A program made the translations under genes and the position numbers. The notes beneath the pieces are model-generated. The model saw only the letters and a program-made list of their open reading frames with translations, was not told where the DNA came from and did not search any database. Shown piece after piece: positions 20,407 to 30,142 of a stretch of DNA of 64,000 nt. Positions within the stretch are counted from its first letter, which is position 1; every line of letters begins with the position of its first letter. Where the stretch lies: positions 186,001 to 250,000 of the IMG/VR virus record IMGVR_UViG_3300042868_005134. One strand, given 5' to 3'.

Positions 20407-23352
20407 ATGACTTACAACATTTATTATAGTGATTCTGGTAATCCTCAAAATCCAATATCAGTGCCAGACGGCATCGGCAGTGTTGACACTAGCACCAGTT
20501 TGACATTTCCTGGAAAGAATTCTACAAGTTATGCATCTGCCATCGGTACTAATTTTTTACGTTTACTAGAAAATTTTGCTAGGAACACTGCTCCTGGCTC
20601 AGTTTTTGGAGAAGGTTCTCCAATCACTGGACAATTATGGTACGACACGTCAGCTTTTCGTCCGCAGTTAAAACTCTACGATGGTACAAAATGGACCGAA
20701 GCTGGAAACATTAAAAAAGGTTCAACACAACCTTCTGCAGAAAATAGTATCATAGGCGATTTATGGGTTGACACTACAAATCAGCAATTATATTTGTTTG
20801 CTGGAACTACTTGGATTTTAGTAGGCCCTCAGTTTAGTGAAGGCAGTGAGTCTGGAATAAAAGCAGAAACATTAGTAGACAGAAATACTAATACTAATAA
20901 AACTGTCTTAATTTTATACGTTAGTGGATTTCCAGTTATTATTGTTAGTAAAGATGAATTTATTCCAAAATTAGCAATTGACGGTTTTGAAGTAATACGT
21001 CAAGGCGTTAATTTATCTACAGCCGACTTTGATCTCGACGGAAGAGTTTTAAATAAATTCTGGGGAACCAGCGAAAAAGCAAATTCGTTAGTTGTAGGTA
21101 CTAGTATAGTTCCGTCCACGAATTTCTTACGCAGCGATACTGTAAGTACAACCAATTATACATTAAACATTAGGAATGGTGGCGGCCTAGTTTTAGGCAG
21201 CTCATTAGAAACATCGCTGTCTATATCTCCAACCGGTGCCCTGTTATATCATAAAACTCCAGGACAGTCTTTAATTTTTAAAACAACTACTTCTGGCGGC
21301 GTTGCCAACGAAGTGTTAGTTGTAACTGGAAATCAACGTGTAGGGGTGAATAAGACACCCACTGAAGCATTGGACGTATCTGGTAATTTATTAGCCAGCG
21401 GCAGCATAAAAACTACAGCAACTACTAGTTCTACAAGTACAACCACTGGCTCTTTAGTGGTTGGCGGCGGCGCAGGCGTGGCTGGCGCCTTATATGTTGG
21501 CGGTGCAGCTAATGTAGTTGGACAAGTTACAGTTGGAAATTCTGCAGCCACAGGTGCGGCCATAGTAACTAGTAACACAACGCCGTTAGTTCCAAAACAC
21601 GACATTGGTACTTCTGGAAATAATTTTAGAAATGTTTATGCTCAGAATTTTTATGGAACTACATTTGTCGGAGATGTAACTGGTAATGTGTCGGGTAATG
21701 TGTCGGGATCAGCAGTATCTCTAGCAAAGACTTCGGCATTCTCTTTAAGAGGCGATATCACTAGCAATGTCATTGCTTTCAACGGAGCATCAGCAGTTCC
21801 TATTAGATATGTATCTACAGTTTCTAAAAATGTTCTTGGGGTAGTCACTGTTACTACCATTGTTCCGCACGAATATATTTCTAGTTATATTGTTAGCTTA
21901 GAATATAATACTGTAAGTCCCGGAGCAATTTTAACTTCTTTTATAACAGCCGGTTCGGTAATCACTGTCACGGGTCTTAACACATTTACATATACCAGTT
22001 CTAACACTGTGTTAATTAGTACAACAGGTACTGTGGGCAGTATTGCTGGAAGTGGACCTTGGACAGGCACTATCACTGGTATGAGTTCGACTACTGGCTT
22101 GGTAATAGGATCAACTGTAACAGCAACTAATGGTTCAGGTAGCCTCGGATCTAGCGGAGTATATACGGTTAGCGGTTCAATTACGGGCTCGTCTGTAGCT
22201 TTTACAGCTACTGGTGGCACAACTCCAGTAGCTGGAGCAATTACTAATATAATTGCTACTGGTTCTATTGCTACAACTTCTATGCCAGTTGGTATAGTTG
22301 GTTCACTAACAGTAAATCCTGGCGGCACATTTAATACAGTACTAGATGACGAAGTTATTTCTGGAAAAATAGAATTATCAAACATAGTAGATAGTGATTT
22401 CTTTTTAGTTTATAGATCTACAGCATCGCCTGCTTTAAGAAAAATTAGCAAAGCTGTATTGTTTTCCACAGCAGGCACAGTGCCTACTGGCAGTATAATG
22501 CCTTTTGCTGGCGATACTGCTCCGGCAGGATACTTATTATGTGACGGCAGTGAACAAAGTCAGGGTCAATATTCCGAACTGTTCACAGTATTAGGCACCA
22601 AGTACGGTTCTGGCACATATAATGCTATATCAAATCCAACTGGCTTGGAAGGTTATCAAACATTTAGAATTCCAGACTTACGTGGACGTTTTGCGCTAGG
22701 CAAAGATGACATGGATAACGGTAACACTATCAATATACAAGTATCGGCCACACTAGGTTCTATGACTGCTATAACAACATTAGGTGCCATCGATGCAACA
22801 TTTACAGTTTTAAATTCAGCTACTATAAACGGACCATGGACAAGGGCATTGGGTAGAACATTAAGCGGTACACCGCTTCAAAATAATTTGTCTCCGGTTA
22901 CGATTACAGCAGTTACAGTTGGAACTACTAACACAACTATAGTTGTAAGTTGTCAAAGTCAAACTGTTGGCTATCCTACTGGTGCCACAGGACTAACGCT
23001 GGAAGCAATTGGTTCAAAAGATGGCGGTGGTGGTGTAGCTGGCAGAGTATCGAGCGCAACAATATTAGGTGTTTCAGGCGGTAATAATCAGAAAACATTA
23101 TCAAGCTCAAACATTCCAGATCACTTACATGATATGAAGGATAGTTTGAATAATCAATATGGAGCTGTTAGCAGCGCCCCTTCTACCGCACCAGAAATTA
23201 TTGCACAAAGCATACACTTTACATCCCCAGCTGGTCAGTTGTTACCAAACAGTGGCGGCATTCAGGGATATACTTCACAAACAGCACTAGACGTTATGAA
23301 TCCGTATCAAACAATCAACTATATTATATTTACTGGCAGGATCTTACCATGA
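20407..23352 (+). CDS. Tail fibre protein with phage tail-collar domain
   Basis: Collar motif 'VPTGSIMPFAGDTAPAGYLLCDG...YSELFTVLGTKYG...FRIPDLRGRF' and terminal 'MNPYQTINYII'; Gly/Ser/Thr-rich shaft. Confidence 0.82.
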   Translation: MTYNIYYSDSGNPQNPISVPDGIGSVDTSTSLTFPGKNSTSYASAIGTNFLRLLENFARNTAPGSVFGEGSPITGQLWYDTSAFRPQLKLYDGTKWTEAGNIKKGSTQPSAENSIIGDLWVDTTNQQLYLFAGTTWILVGPQFSEGSESGIKAETLVDRNTNTNKTVLILYVSGFPVIIVSKDEFIPKLAIDGFEVIRQGVNLSTADFDLDGRVLNKFWGTSEKANSLVVGTSIVPSTNFLRSDTVSTTNYTLNIRNGGGLVLGSSLETSLSISPTGALLYHKTPGQSLIFKTTTSGGVANEVLVVTGNQRVGVNKTPTEALDVSGNLLASGSIKTTATTSSTSTTTGSLVVGGGAGVAGALYVGGAANVVGQVTVGNSAATGAAIVTSNTTPLVPKHDIGTSGNNFRNVYAQNFYGTTFVGDVTGNVSGNVSGSAVSLAKTSAFSLRGDITSNVIAFNGASAVPIRYVSTVSKNVLGVVTVTTIVPHEYISSYIVSLEYNTVSPGAILTSFITAGSVITVTGLNTFTYTSSNTVLISTTGTVGSIAGSGPWTGTITGMSSTTGLVIGSTVTATNGSGSLGSSGVYTVSGSITGSSVAFTATGGTTPVAGAITNIIATGSIATTSMPVGIVGSLTVNPGGTFNTVLDDEVISGKIELSNIVDSDFFLVYRSTASPALRKISKAVLFSTAGTVPTGSIMPFAGDTAPAGYLLCDGSEQSQGQYSELFTVLGTKYGSGTYNAISNPTGLEGYQTFRIPDLRGRFALGKDDMDNGNTINIQVSATLGSMTAITTLGAIDATFTVLNSATINGPWTRALGRTLSGTPLQNNLSPVTITAVTVGTTNTTIVVSCQSQTVGYPTGATGLTLEAIGSKDGGGGVAGRVSSATILGVSGGNNQKTLSSSNIPDHLHDMKDSLNNQYGAVSSAPSTAPEIIAQSIHFTSPAGQLLPNSGGIQGYTSQTALDVMNPYQTINYIIFTGRILP

Positions 23353-26066
23353 CCTATAAGATTAACAAAACAGATGGCAGCTTGCTAACAGAAATTATCG
23401 ATAGTGCTATCGATACCACTGCCACTGACTTGGCCTTAATAGGTAAAAATGTTACGGGCTACGGCGAATATCTTAATGAAAATTTTGTAAAGCTTCTGGA
23501 AAATTTTGCCAGTACAAGTGAACCTAATAATCCTATAACTGGACAAATATGGTTTGACGTTAGTGAAAACAGATTAAAAGTTTATGACGGTAATGGATTT
23601 AGAATTGGAAGTGGTCCGATTGTATCAGGTACAGCACCGCTAAATCCTATTCAAGGTGATTTTTGGATTGACAGCAATGAAAATCAATTGTACTTTTATG
23701 ATGGCACTGATAGACAACTAGCAGGCCCAATTTATAAAGATAGTCAAGGTATTTCTGGTTGGGAAGTTGCCACAATAGCAGACACTGACAGTAATTCGCG
23801 AGTGATTGTAAAGTTATGGGCTGCTCAGACGTTATTAGGAATTTTTAGTAAGTATACAGAATTTACACCTAGTAGTTTAATACCCGGATATGCAGGTTCT
23901 ATCAAACCTGGATTTAATGCTGGTACTGTATCGGGATTCAAACTCAACGCTACAGCATCTAGTGCAGATGCGCTAGTTGATAATCTTGGAAATTTAAAAC
24001 CAGTTAGCAGTTTTATGTTAACTGCTGACGATAACAGTACTACAGGCAGTCTTACAATTATCAATCCAGAACCTTTGATACTGGGCGCAAATCAAAAAAA
24101 TACTATATTGGTATCCGATGATGATATTCGAATTCGTAGTAATTTCGGCGGCAATATCGCACACCCTGACGGTCAAAACTTTATAATAACAACCAAACAA
24201 GGATCAACATTTAGTGATGCAATCACAGTAAAAGCTGCAACTAATAGAGTTGGCATTTTTAATAATGCCCCTACAGGCATGTTACACATTGGAACTACGC
24301 TAGCACCTGGCAATGTTGTCATCGAAGGTAACTTAACAGTTAACGGTACTAGCACAACTATTAATTCCACAGTCGTAGCCATAGATGACATCAATATAAT
24401 ATTAGGTGATACTGCGTCACCAACTGATGTAACAGCCAACGGCGGCGGCCTTACACTTAAAGGCGCCAGCGATAAAACTTTATCATGGATAGATGCTACC
24501 GATTCTTGGACCAGCAATCAGAATTTTGATATTACTTTTGGCAAAACATACAAGATCAACGGCGTTGATGTATTAACCTCTACAACATTAGGATCGAGTA
24601 TTGTTAATTCTAGCTTGACCAGTATTGGAACATTGACTAGTTTACAAGTTGATAACATCAATATTAACAATAATGTAATCTCAACTACTACTACAAATAC
24701 TAATTTAGTATTATCGCCTAATGGCACTGGCGTAGTTGATGTTGCCACTAGTAGAATTACAAGTTTGTCCAATCCAGTTGCTGGCACAGACGCAGTAAAT
24801 TTACAAACATTAACAGCTAGTTTGCCAGCACCTTGGATTAATGTCAATGCCAATTATCAATCTAGTAAAAATGATAGATTATTAGTAAGCACAATTTCAG
24901 GTACACTGACTGTGACATTGCCCAATGTTGTAAGTTCTAGTGACACTATTCGTTTCTTTGACTATGACAGCACATTCGATACTGATAATTTAATCATAAC
25001 TAGATATAGAAGAATAGATCCTGCTACAATTACTGGATTAAGTGCAGGTATAGCAAATACATTTATTGGGTTGGCAACTACTACAACCAGTGTAGCAGGT
25101 AACGGAATCATTGTCACGGTAACAACAACATCCGCAACACCAGCAGGATATAATAACGTAAACACCGCCATCACAGTGACCACTTCAGGTTATGGATATG
25201 TAACAGGAGATGTTATAACAGTGTCTGGTGCTGCCGTCGGCGGCGCAAGTCCTGCTAACGATTTAGTATTTGAGTTAGATGTTATGGATAACATCTTTGG
25301 ACTAGACGAAGATTTAATTGTAAATGACGCCGCAGCATCATTTGGTTTGATATATGCTAATTCTGCTCAAGGTTGGCGCTATATCGAAAGTTTAGAACTT
25401 CCAGCAATAATTTATGTCGATGTAACTGGTAATCTAACAGGCAATGTAACAGGCAATGTAACAGGCAATGTTACAGGCAATGTTACAGGCAATGTTACAG
25501 GGTCAATATTATCTGCATCTCAGCCTAATGTTACCAGTCTTGGAACTTTATCTAATTTATCTGTTAGTTCTGATATATTAGCTAATTTAAAAGGAAACGT
25601 AGTTTCTAGCAATACTAATGTAACTGTGCTTAATACCAGTGCTGCTACTGCAACTTTTTTGGGTAACGTCACTGGCAACATTACTGGTGACGTTACTGGT
25701 GACGTCACAAATACACAATTAGTCTTAGAATCCACTACAAATTCTGTATTAATAAAATCCGGAGCAAACGGAATTAGATTAAGTTCGCTGGACGATACAA
25801 CCGTACAAGAACAATACAATGTACAGATTACACCAGGCGCATCACCAACACAACGTTCGCGTACTTTGTTATACGGCGATGTAGAAGTTGTTAATATTTC
25901 TACAAGCAATATCAACGGAGCATCTTTCAAATTACCGTCTTACTCTAATTTAGAACTTGCATCGAGAACATTGAGCGCACTAAATTATGGTGAACTTATC
26001 TATAATAGCACTGCTAACCAGGTACAAGCCTACATTAGCCCAGGCTCTTGGGTTAGTTTGAATTAA
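23349..26066 (+). CDS. Tail fibre protein (paralogous N-terminal attachment domain)
   Basis: N-terminal 'LIGKN..GYGE..NENF..LLENFA...P..GQIWFD' shared with both neighbours; TGNV repeats; ATGA overlap with the previous gene. Confidence 0.75.
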   Translation: MTYKINKTDGSLLTEIIDSAIDTTATDLALIGKNVTGYGEYLNENFVKLLENFASTSEPNNPITGQIWFDVSENRLKVYDGNGFRIGSGPIVSGTAPLNPIQGDFWIDSNENQLYFYDGTDRQLAGPIYKDSQGISGWEVATIADTDSNSRVIVKLWAAQTLLGIFSKYTEFTPSSLIPGYAGSIKPGFNAGTVSGFKLNATASSADALVDNLGNLKPVSSFMLTADDNSTTGSLTIINPEPLILGANQKNTILVSDDDIRIRSNFGGNIAHPDGQNFIITTKQGSTFSDAITVKAATNRVGIFNNAPTGMLHIGTTLAPGNVVIEGNLTVNGTSTTINSTVVAIDDINIILGDTASPTDVTANGGGLTLKGASDKTLSWIDATDSWTSNQNFDITFGKTYKINGVDVLTSTTLGSSIVNSSLTSIGTLTSLQVDNININNNVISTTTTNTNLVLSPNGTGVVDVATSRITSLSNPVAGTDAVNLQTLTASLPAPWINVNANYQSSKNDRLLVSTISGTLTVTLPNVVSSSDTIRFFDYDSTFDTDNLIITRYRRIDPATITGLSAGIANTFIGLATTTTSVAGNGIIVTVTTTSATPAGYNNVNTAITVTTSGYGYVTGDVITVSGAAVGGASPANDLVFELDVMDNIFGLDEDLIVNDAAASFGLIYANSAQGWRYIESLELPAIIYVDVTGNLTGNVTGNVTGNVTGNVTGNVTGSILSASQPNVTSLGTLSNLSVSSDILANLKGNVVSSNTNVTVLNTSAATATFLGNVTGNITGDVTGDVTNTQLVLESTTNSVLIKSGANGIRLSSLDDTTVQEQYNVQITPGASPTQRSRTLLYGDVEVVNISTSNINGASFKLPSYSNLELASRTLSALNYGELIYNSTANQVQAYISPGSWVSLN
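25437..25501 (+). repeat. 12-bp tandem repeat (ACAGGCAATGTW, about 5.4 copies) encoding TGNV
   Basis: Two ACAGGCAATGTA units, three ACAGGCAATGTT units, then ACAGG. Confidence 0.9.
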
Positions 26067-26095
26067 AAATTGCATAATGAATATGTACATAGAGC

Positions 26096-26101
26096 TAAAT
26101 A
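26096..26101 (+). promoter_or_regulatory. T4-late-like TAAATA box
   Basis: Intergenic, upstream of the tail fibre gene at 26126. Confidence 0.55.
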
Positions 26102-26125
26102 TAATAGATCAGGGGGTTAACAGTT

Positions 26126-27832
26126 ATGCCTTATAGCATTGACAAGTATAATGGAACAACCATTGCGGTAGTCGAAGACGGTACTATAGATAGTACCCTA
26201 GATATTAAATTAATTGGTAAAAATTACGCCGGCTACGGTGAAGTACAAAACGAAAACTTTGTTCATTTGCTAGAGAATTTTGCTGGAGGATCTTCACCTC
26301 CCCGCCCAATTAGCGGACAAATTTGGTACGATACCACTACTAAGAAAATTAAATTTTATGATGCTGCCAGCGCCCGCTGGAGAACAGCAGGAGGCGCAGA
26401 AAGTGCTGCCGGCCCAACTGGCCCAATAGGTCTGGGACAGGGTGATTTCTGGTTTGAAACTATCAACAAGCAGTTATATGTTTACGACGGCACCGCATAC
26501 GTTCTAGTGGGTCCACAAGGTGTTGGCGGCCTTGGCACCACTCAAATGAAATCTGTTTCAGTAACAGACACCGTCGCCGGCACACACGGAATTATACAAG
26601 CATTTGTCGATGGCGACATTGTGTTTGTTGTTTCAACAGATTCGTTTGAGTTGAGTACAGCTAGTGAAGCAACAATGCCAGGGTTTGGCATAATAAAGTC
26701 TGGTATTACGCTGGCAAATACTGATAATACTGATGGTATAACTGACCCAGGTGTTAATGCTACTCCGTTAGATATTGTTTGGGGAACTGTCAGTAACAGT
26801 CTTAAATTAAACGGTTACACATCTGACGATTTTGTTTTAAATGAGGGCACTGTTAATTTCGATGTGCTAGTACATTTTTCAGATCTAGGTTATACTGTTG
26901 GCGATAGCGATGATCTCGAAGTAAAAATTGACACTGACGGCATAACACCAATATTTAAAACTTCAATTAACAATACAATCAAGTTCCAAACTTACAACGC
27001 TCTTACACCGACCATACCAAATACGCCACTTACCTTAGTGGGCGCAAATATTTTACCAGGCGTCGATAATGTAACGAATCTAGGATCTAGTTCTTTTAAA
27101 TTTAAAGATGTGTACGGTACTACTTTTTCTGGAACTGCCGCTCAATCAGACAAGTTAAAAGTTGGCGTAGTTTACGCAGATGCAGCAGTAGCCAGCACCG
27201 CGGACACAGTGGTAGTTAGAACTGCCGCAGGAGCCATAAACGCAACTTCTTTCTTGGGTAATGCGTCTACCGCAACTACCGCAACTACAGCAACGCAGGC
27301 AAATACACTACAAGTTGCCGCTGGCGTGTATAGAACAGCTAGTGTTTCAGCTCCAGATGATGGAGTTGCAGATACTATTGCAGTAAGAGATTCAGCCGGC
27401 GACTTGTGTGCTACAATTTTCCGTGGAACAGCCACAGCCGCATTGTTTGCTGACTTGGCTGAAAAATATTTGGCAGATGACGAATACGAAATTGGCACAG
27501 TGGTAACTGTGGGCGGTGCGCAAGAAGTTACAGCATGTCAAATGGGCACCCGTGCATTTGGTGCAGTAAGTGGAAGTCCAGCTTTTATGATGAATGAAGG
27601 TCTTGTTGGCGGCACATATATCGCACTAAAAGGTCGTGTACCAGTTAAAGTTATTGGAGCAGTGACTAAAGGTGACAAATTAATAGCAGCCAGTAACGGT
27701 TGCGCAGGTCCTGCCCACGTGTTGCTACAGAATTTACCCGTCCGTGCTGGAAATTTTCCAGATACTTTTGCTATTGCATTAGAAAGTAGCGATGACGCAG
27801 GCGTCAAACTAATAGAAGCAATAATTATTTAA
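26126..27832 (+). CDS. Tail fibre protein with C-terminal ADLAE domain
   Basis: Same N-terminal domain as the 20407 and 23349 genes; same C-terminal 'ADLAEKY...ALKGRVPVKV.G...KGD.L' domain as the 18858 gene. Confidence 0.72.
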   Translation: MPYSIDKYNGTTIAVVEDGTIDSTLDIKLIGKNYAGYGEVQNENFVHLLENFAGGSSPPRPISGQIWYDTTTKKIKFYDAASARWRTAGGAESAAGPTGPIGLGQGDFWFETINKQLYVYDGTAYVLVGPQGVGGLGTTQMKSVSVTDTVAGTHGIIQAFVDGDIVFVVSTDSFELSTASEATMPGFGIIKSGITLANTDNTDGITDPGVNATPLDIVWGTVSNSLKLNGYTSDDFVLNEGTVNFDVLVHFSDLGYTVGDSDDLEVKIDTDGITPIFKTSINNTIKFQTYNALTPTIPNTPLTLVGANILPGVDNVTNLGSSSFKFKDVYGTTFSGTAAQSDKLKVGVVYADAAVASTADTVVVRTAAGAINATSFLGNASTATTATTATQANTLQVAAGVYRTASVSAPDDGVADTIAVRDSAGDLCATIFRGTATAALFADLAEKYLADDEYEIGTVVTVGGAQEVTACQMGTRAFGAVSGSPAFMMNEGLVGGTYIALKGRVPVKVIGAVTKGDKLIAASNGCAGPAHVLLQNLPVRAGNFPDTFAIALESSDDAGVKLIEAIII

Positions 27833-27843
27833 GGAATACTACC

Positions 27844-28899
27844 ATGGCAGGAAGAGGAACACGAGCTACGGCGTCGGATTTTAACAACATTCAAGCAACA
27901 GTTAACAGCGTATTAGGCCTTGGTTCGTCTACACAAGGATACGGACAAACAGTTTCCAGTGCGCAAGTAGGTTCTGGAGCAATCATTACAGTTGCTCAAT
28001 GGACTACTCTACGTGCTGACTTGGTCAAATGTAGAACACACCAAACCAATCTAGCAGTTGTAAACGGTGCAGCAAACGTTAGTGCTAATCGCGGCGGCGC
28101 ATGCCAAACGTTGGAAACTATTACTAGTAGCACTGTTATTAGTGAAGACATTCGAGATCAATACAATTTGTTTACCAACGGAAGTCCTGGTACCATTGGT
28201 ATTAATGCTGAACGATCATTGGCAAACGCAGCCCAATTGAGTGCAGCAACAGCACCAAGCGGTGTTACCAACCCTAGTCAGTATGCTGGCGCATGGGGCG
28301 TAAACGCAAGTAGTACTCGTTACCTAAGACAAATTTACACAGTAACTTTTGCCGGCTACACACATGTTGGCGGATTATCAGTTTCAGCTGCCAATCATAT
28401 CAGATGTTTCTTTAACGCAGGCGGCAAAATTCAATTTACCAGCACTAGAAGCGGTACAGCAGACAACACAAAGGATACCGATTGGACCAATATGTTGAGT
28501 GGCATGGGAAATTTCATATTTGCTGCAGCAAATTCAAGCGTTAGCGGAACTACTAACCCAGGAAACGGTGGATCAACTCCTGGATCTAGTATAGGATATC
28601 ATCAAACAACTGGCACTTACCAAACATTAGTAAATGTAGCATCTACTGTGAGCCGGTACACTGAAAATAGATTTACAGTTGAAGTGCAGACATCAGGTAC
28701 TAACGCTTTGTTATTTAGATTGACATGGGCTGACAATGACGTAATTGAAGGCGCCGAAACAGTGGACGAACCGGTTAATGGTAATGGCGGTTCCAGAATG
28801 GAAAGCAGTTGTTTTATCGTTCGTCCAAACGTAGCAATCACAGTAGACGTTCCGGCGCCTACAGCAAGCGTAGGCGCTTTTGCAGCATCGGCTTCTTAA
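27844..28899 (+). CDS. Putative virion structural protein
   Basis: SD AAGGA; Gly/Ser/Thr/Ala-rich; 'GYGQ', 'W..LR.D' and 'FFNAGG.I' motifs; last gene of the tail block. Confidence 0.55.
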   Translation: MAGRGTRATASDFNNIQATVNSVLGLGSSTQGYGQTVSSAQVGSGAIITVAQWTTLRADLVKCRTHQTNLAVVNGAANVSANRGGACQTLETITSSTVISEDIRDQYNLFTNGSPGTIGINAERSLANAAQLSAATAPSGVTNPSQYAGAWGVNASSTRYLRQIYTVTFAGYTHVGGLSVSAANHIRCFFNAGGKIQFTSTRSGTADNTKDTDWTNMLSGMGNFIFAAANSSVSGTTNPGNGGSTPGSSIGYHQTTGTYQTLVNVASTVSRYTENRFTVEVQTSGTNALLFRLTWADNDVIEGAETVDEPVNGNGGSRMESSCFIVRPNVAITVDVPAPTASVGAFAASAS

Positions 28900-28917
28900 T
28901 CAATAAACTCTAAATCG

Positions 28918-28946
28918 TTGACACTCCTAGGCTAAGATAGTATACT
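28918..28946 (+). promoter_or_regulatory. Sigma70-type promoter for the glycosyltransferase operon
   Basis: TTGACA (28918-28923), 17 bp spacer, TATACT (28941-28946). Confidence 0.8.
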
Positions 28947-28970
28947 ATACTATAAACCTAGGAGTTTTTT
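28923..28970 (+). terminator. Possible terminator or SD-masking hairpin at the end of the tail operon
   Basis: ACTCCTAGG (28923-28931) / CCTAGGAGT (28957-28965) followed by a T-run. The loop is long (25 nt), so terminator function is uncertain. Confidence 0.4.
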
Positions 28971-29321
28971 GTGGACGAACGATTTCAAAAAGCCTTTGAA
29001 ACTGCCAATTATATGACAACATTGGCCAGTCAAAAGCAAATTCTTAAAGAAGAATTTTATCAAAATTTAATTCATTATCATAATGGCGGAATCTTTACCG
29101 CATCGCGTGAGCTAATCAATTTTACCAAAACGCTAGTTGATATTGGTAACAATGAATCTACAGTACTGGTAGATAATAACGAATTACCTGTTGACATTGT
29201 TGATCTCTCTAAATTTTTAGAGGAGTTGCTGTCAAAATATCATTTTGCCGTTAACGGGTATTATACAAGATACGATCAGATGAGAAAGAATAGAACTGTG
29301 GAAGGTATTCTCAGTGTATGA
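28971..29321 (+). CDS. Hypothetical protein, first gene of the glycosyltransferase operon
   Basis: GTG start with AGGAG SD; downstream of a sigma70 promoter; stop overlaps the next ATG. Confidence 0.7.
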   Translation: MDERFQKAFETANYMTTLASQKQILKEEFYQNLIHYHNGGIFTASRELINFTKTLVDIGNNESTVLVDNNELPVDIVDLSKFLEELLSKYHFAVNGYYTRYDQMRKNRTVEGILSV

Positions 29322-30142
29322 CACAGGGCGTTTTACTTTTCGCAAATAACAACAGCGAAATAGCATACACTGATTTAGCTATTTTTGCTGCACAGCAAAT
29401 AACAAAGTATCTAAATGTGCCAGTTAGTATTGTAACTGATAGCAAACCCAGCATTTCAAAAAACGTATTTGATAAAATTATAGAAATAACTGATAATTCT
29501 TCTTATACTAAAAGATTTCACGACGGCACTGACAGTAACAAAACGTTACATTGGAAAAATACATCCAGGTCTCGGTGCTACGAGCTTACTCCATACGATG
29601 AAACGCTGGTTATTGATGTTGATTATATAGTTAATTCGACAACTTTAAACTATTGTTGGAATCAGCCGCATGATTTTTTAATTTATTCCAAATATTGTGA
29701 TCTAGCACAATGGCGAAGTAGCGCAGAATTTGATCATGTAAGCGAATATTCAGTACCGTTCTATTGGGCCACTGTATTTTTCTTTAGAAAAACTGAACTT
29801 AATAAACAATTTTTTGATTTAATAACACATATTAAATTAAATTGGGTTTATTACAAGTTTGTATATCAAATTCAAAGTACAAATTTTAGAAATGATTATG
29901 CTTATAGCATAGCAATACACATGATGAATGGTTTCACAAATGGTGTATTTGCTAACCAACTACCTAGCAAGATGTTTTATACATTGGATACTGATTTTCT
30001 TATTGATATCGATGGCGACACCATGAAATTTCTTGTTGAAAAACAAAATACACCTGGTGAGTATACCGCTTTAAAAACTTCAGGATTAGACGTTCATGTT
30101 ATGAACAAGTATAGTTTGTTAAGGTGTGTTAACAATGAGTAA
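29318..30142 (+). CDS. Glycosyltransferase, GT-A fold (GT8-like)
   Basis: 'TPYDETLVIDVDYIV' DxD motif, 'WATVFFF', 'RNDYAYSIA', terminal 'HVMNK'. Confidence 0.7.
   Translation: MTQGVLLFANNNSEIAYTDLAIFAAQQITKYLNVPVSIVTDSKPSISKNVFDKIIEITDNSSYTKRFHDGTDSNKTLHWKNTSRSRCYELTPYDETLVIDVDYIVNSTTLNYCWNQPHDFLIYSKYCDLAQWRSSAEFDHVSEYSVPFYWATVFFFRKTELNKQFFDLITHIKLNWVYYKFVYQIQSTNFRNDYAYSIAIHMMNGFTNGVFANQLPSKMFYTLDTDFLIDIDGDTMKFLVEKQNTPGEYTALKTSGLDVHVMNKYSLLRCVNNE

Noticed and set aside
25437-25501. Possible CRISPR-like repeat array
   Set aside because: Contiguous 12-bp units without spacers, in frame within a coding sequence; no cas genes seen.
17990-27832. Diversity-generating retroelement or invertase-type fibre switching
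   Set aside because: No reverse transcriptase or recombinase in the window, and no long template/variable repeat pair with adenine-specific mismatches was seen; the shared DNA patch is only 28 nt.
745-28841. Many 60-170 aa minus-strand ORFs within the structural genes
   Set aside because: They lie antisense to long, motif-bearing plus-strand genes, lack SDs or recognisable motifs, and are expected shadows of Gly/Thr/Ala/Val-rich codon usage.
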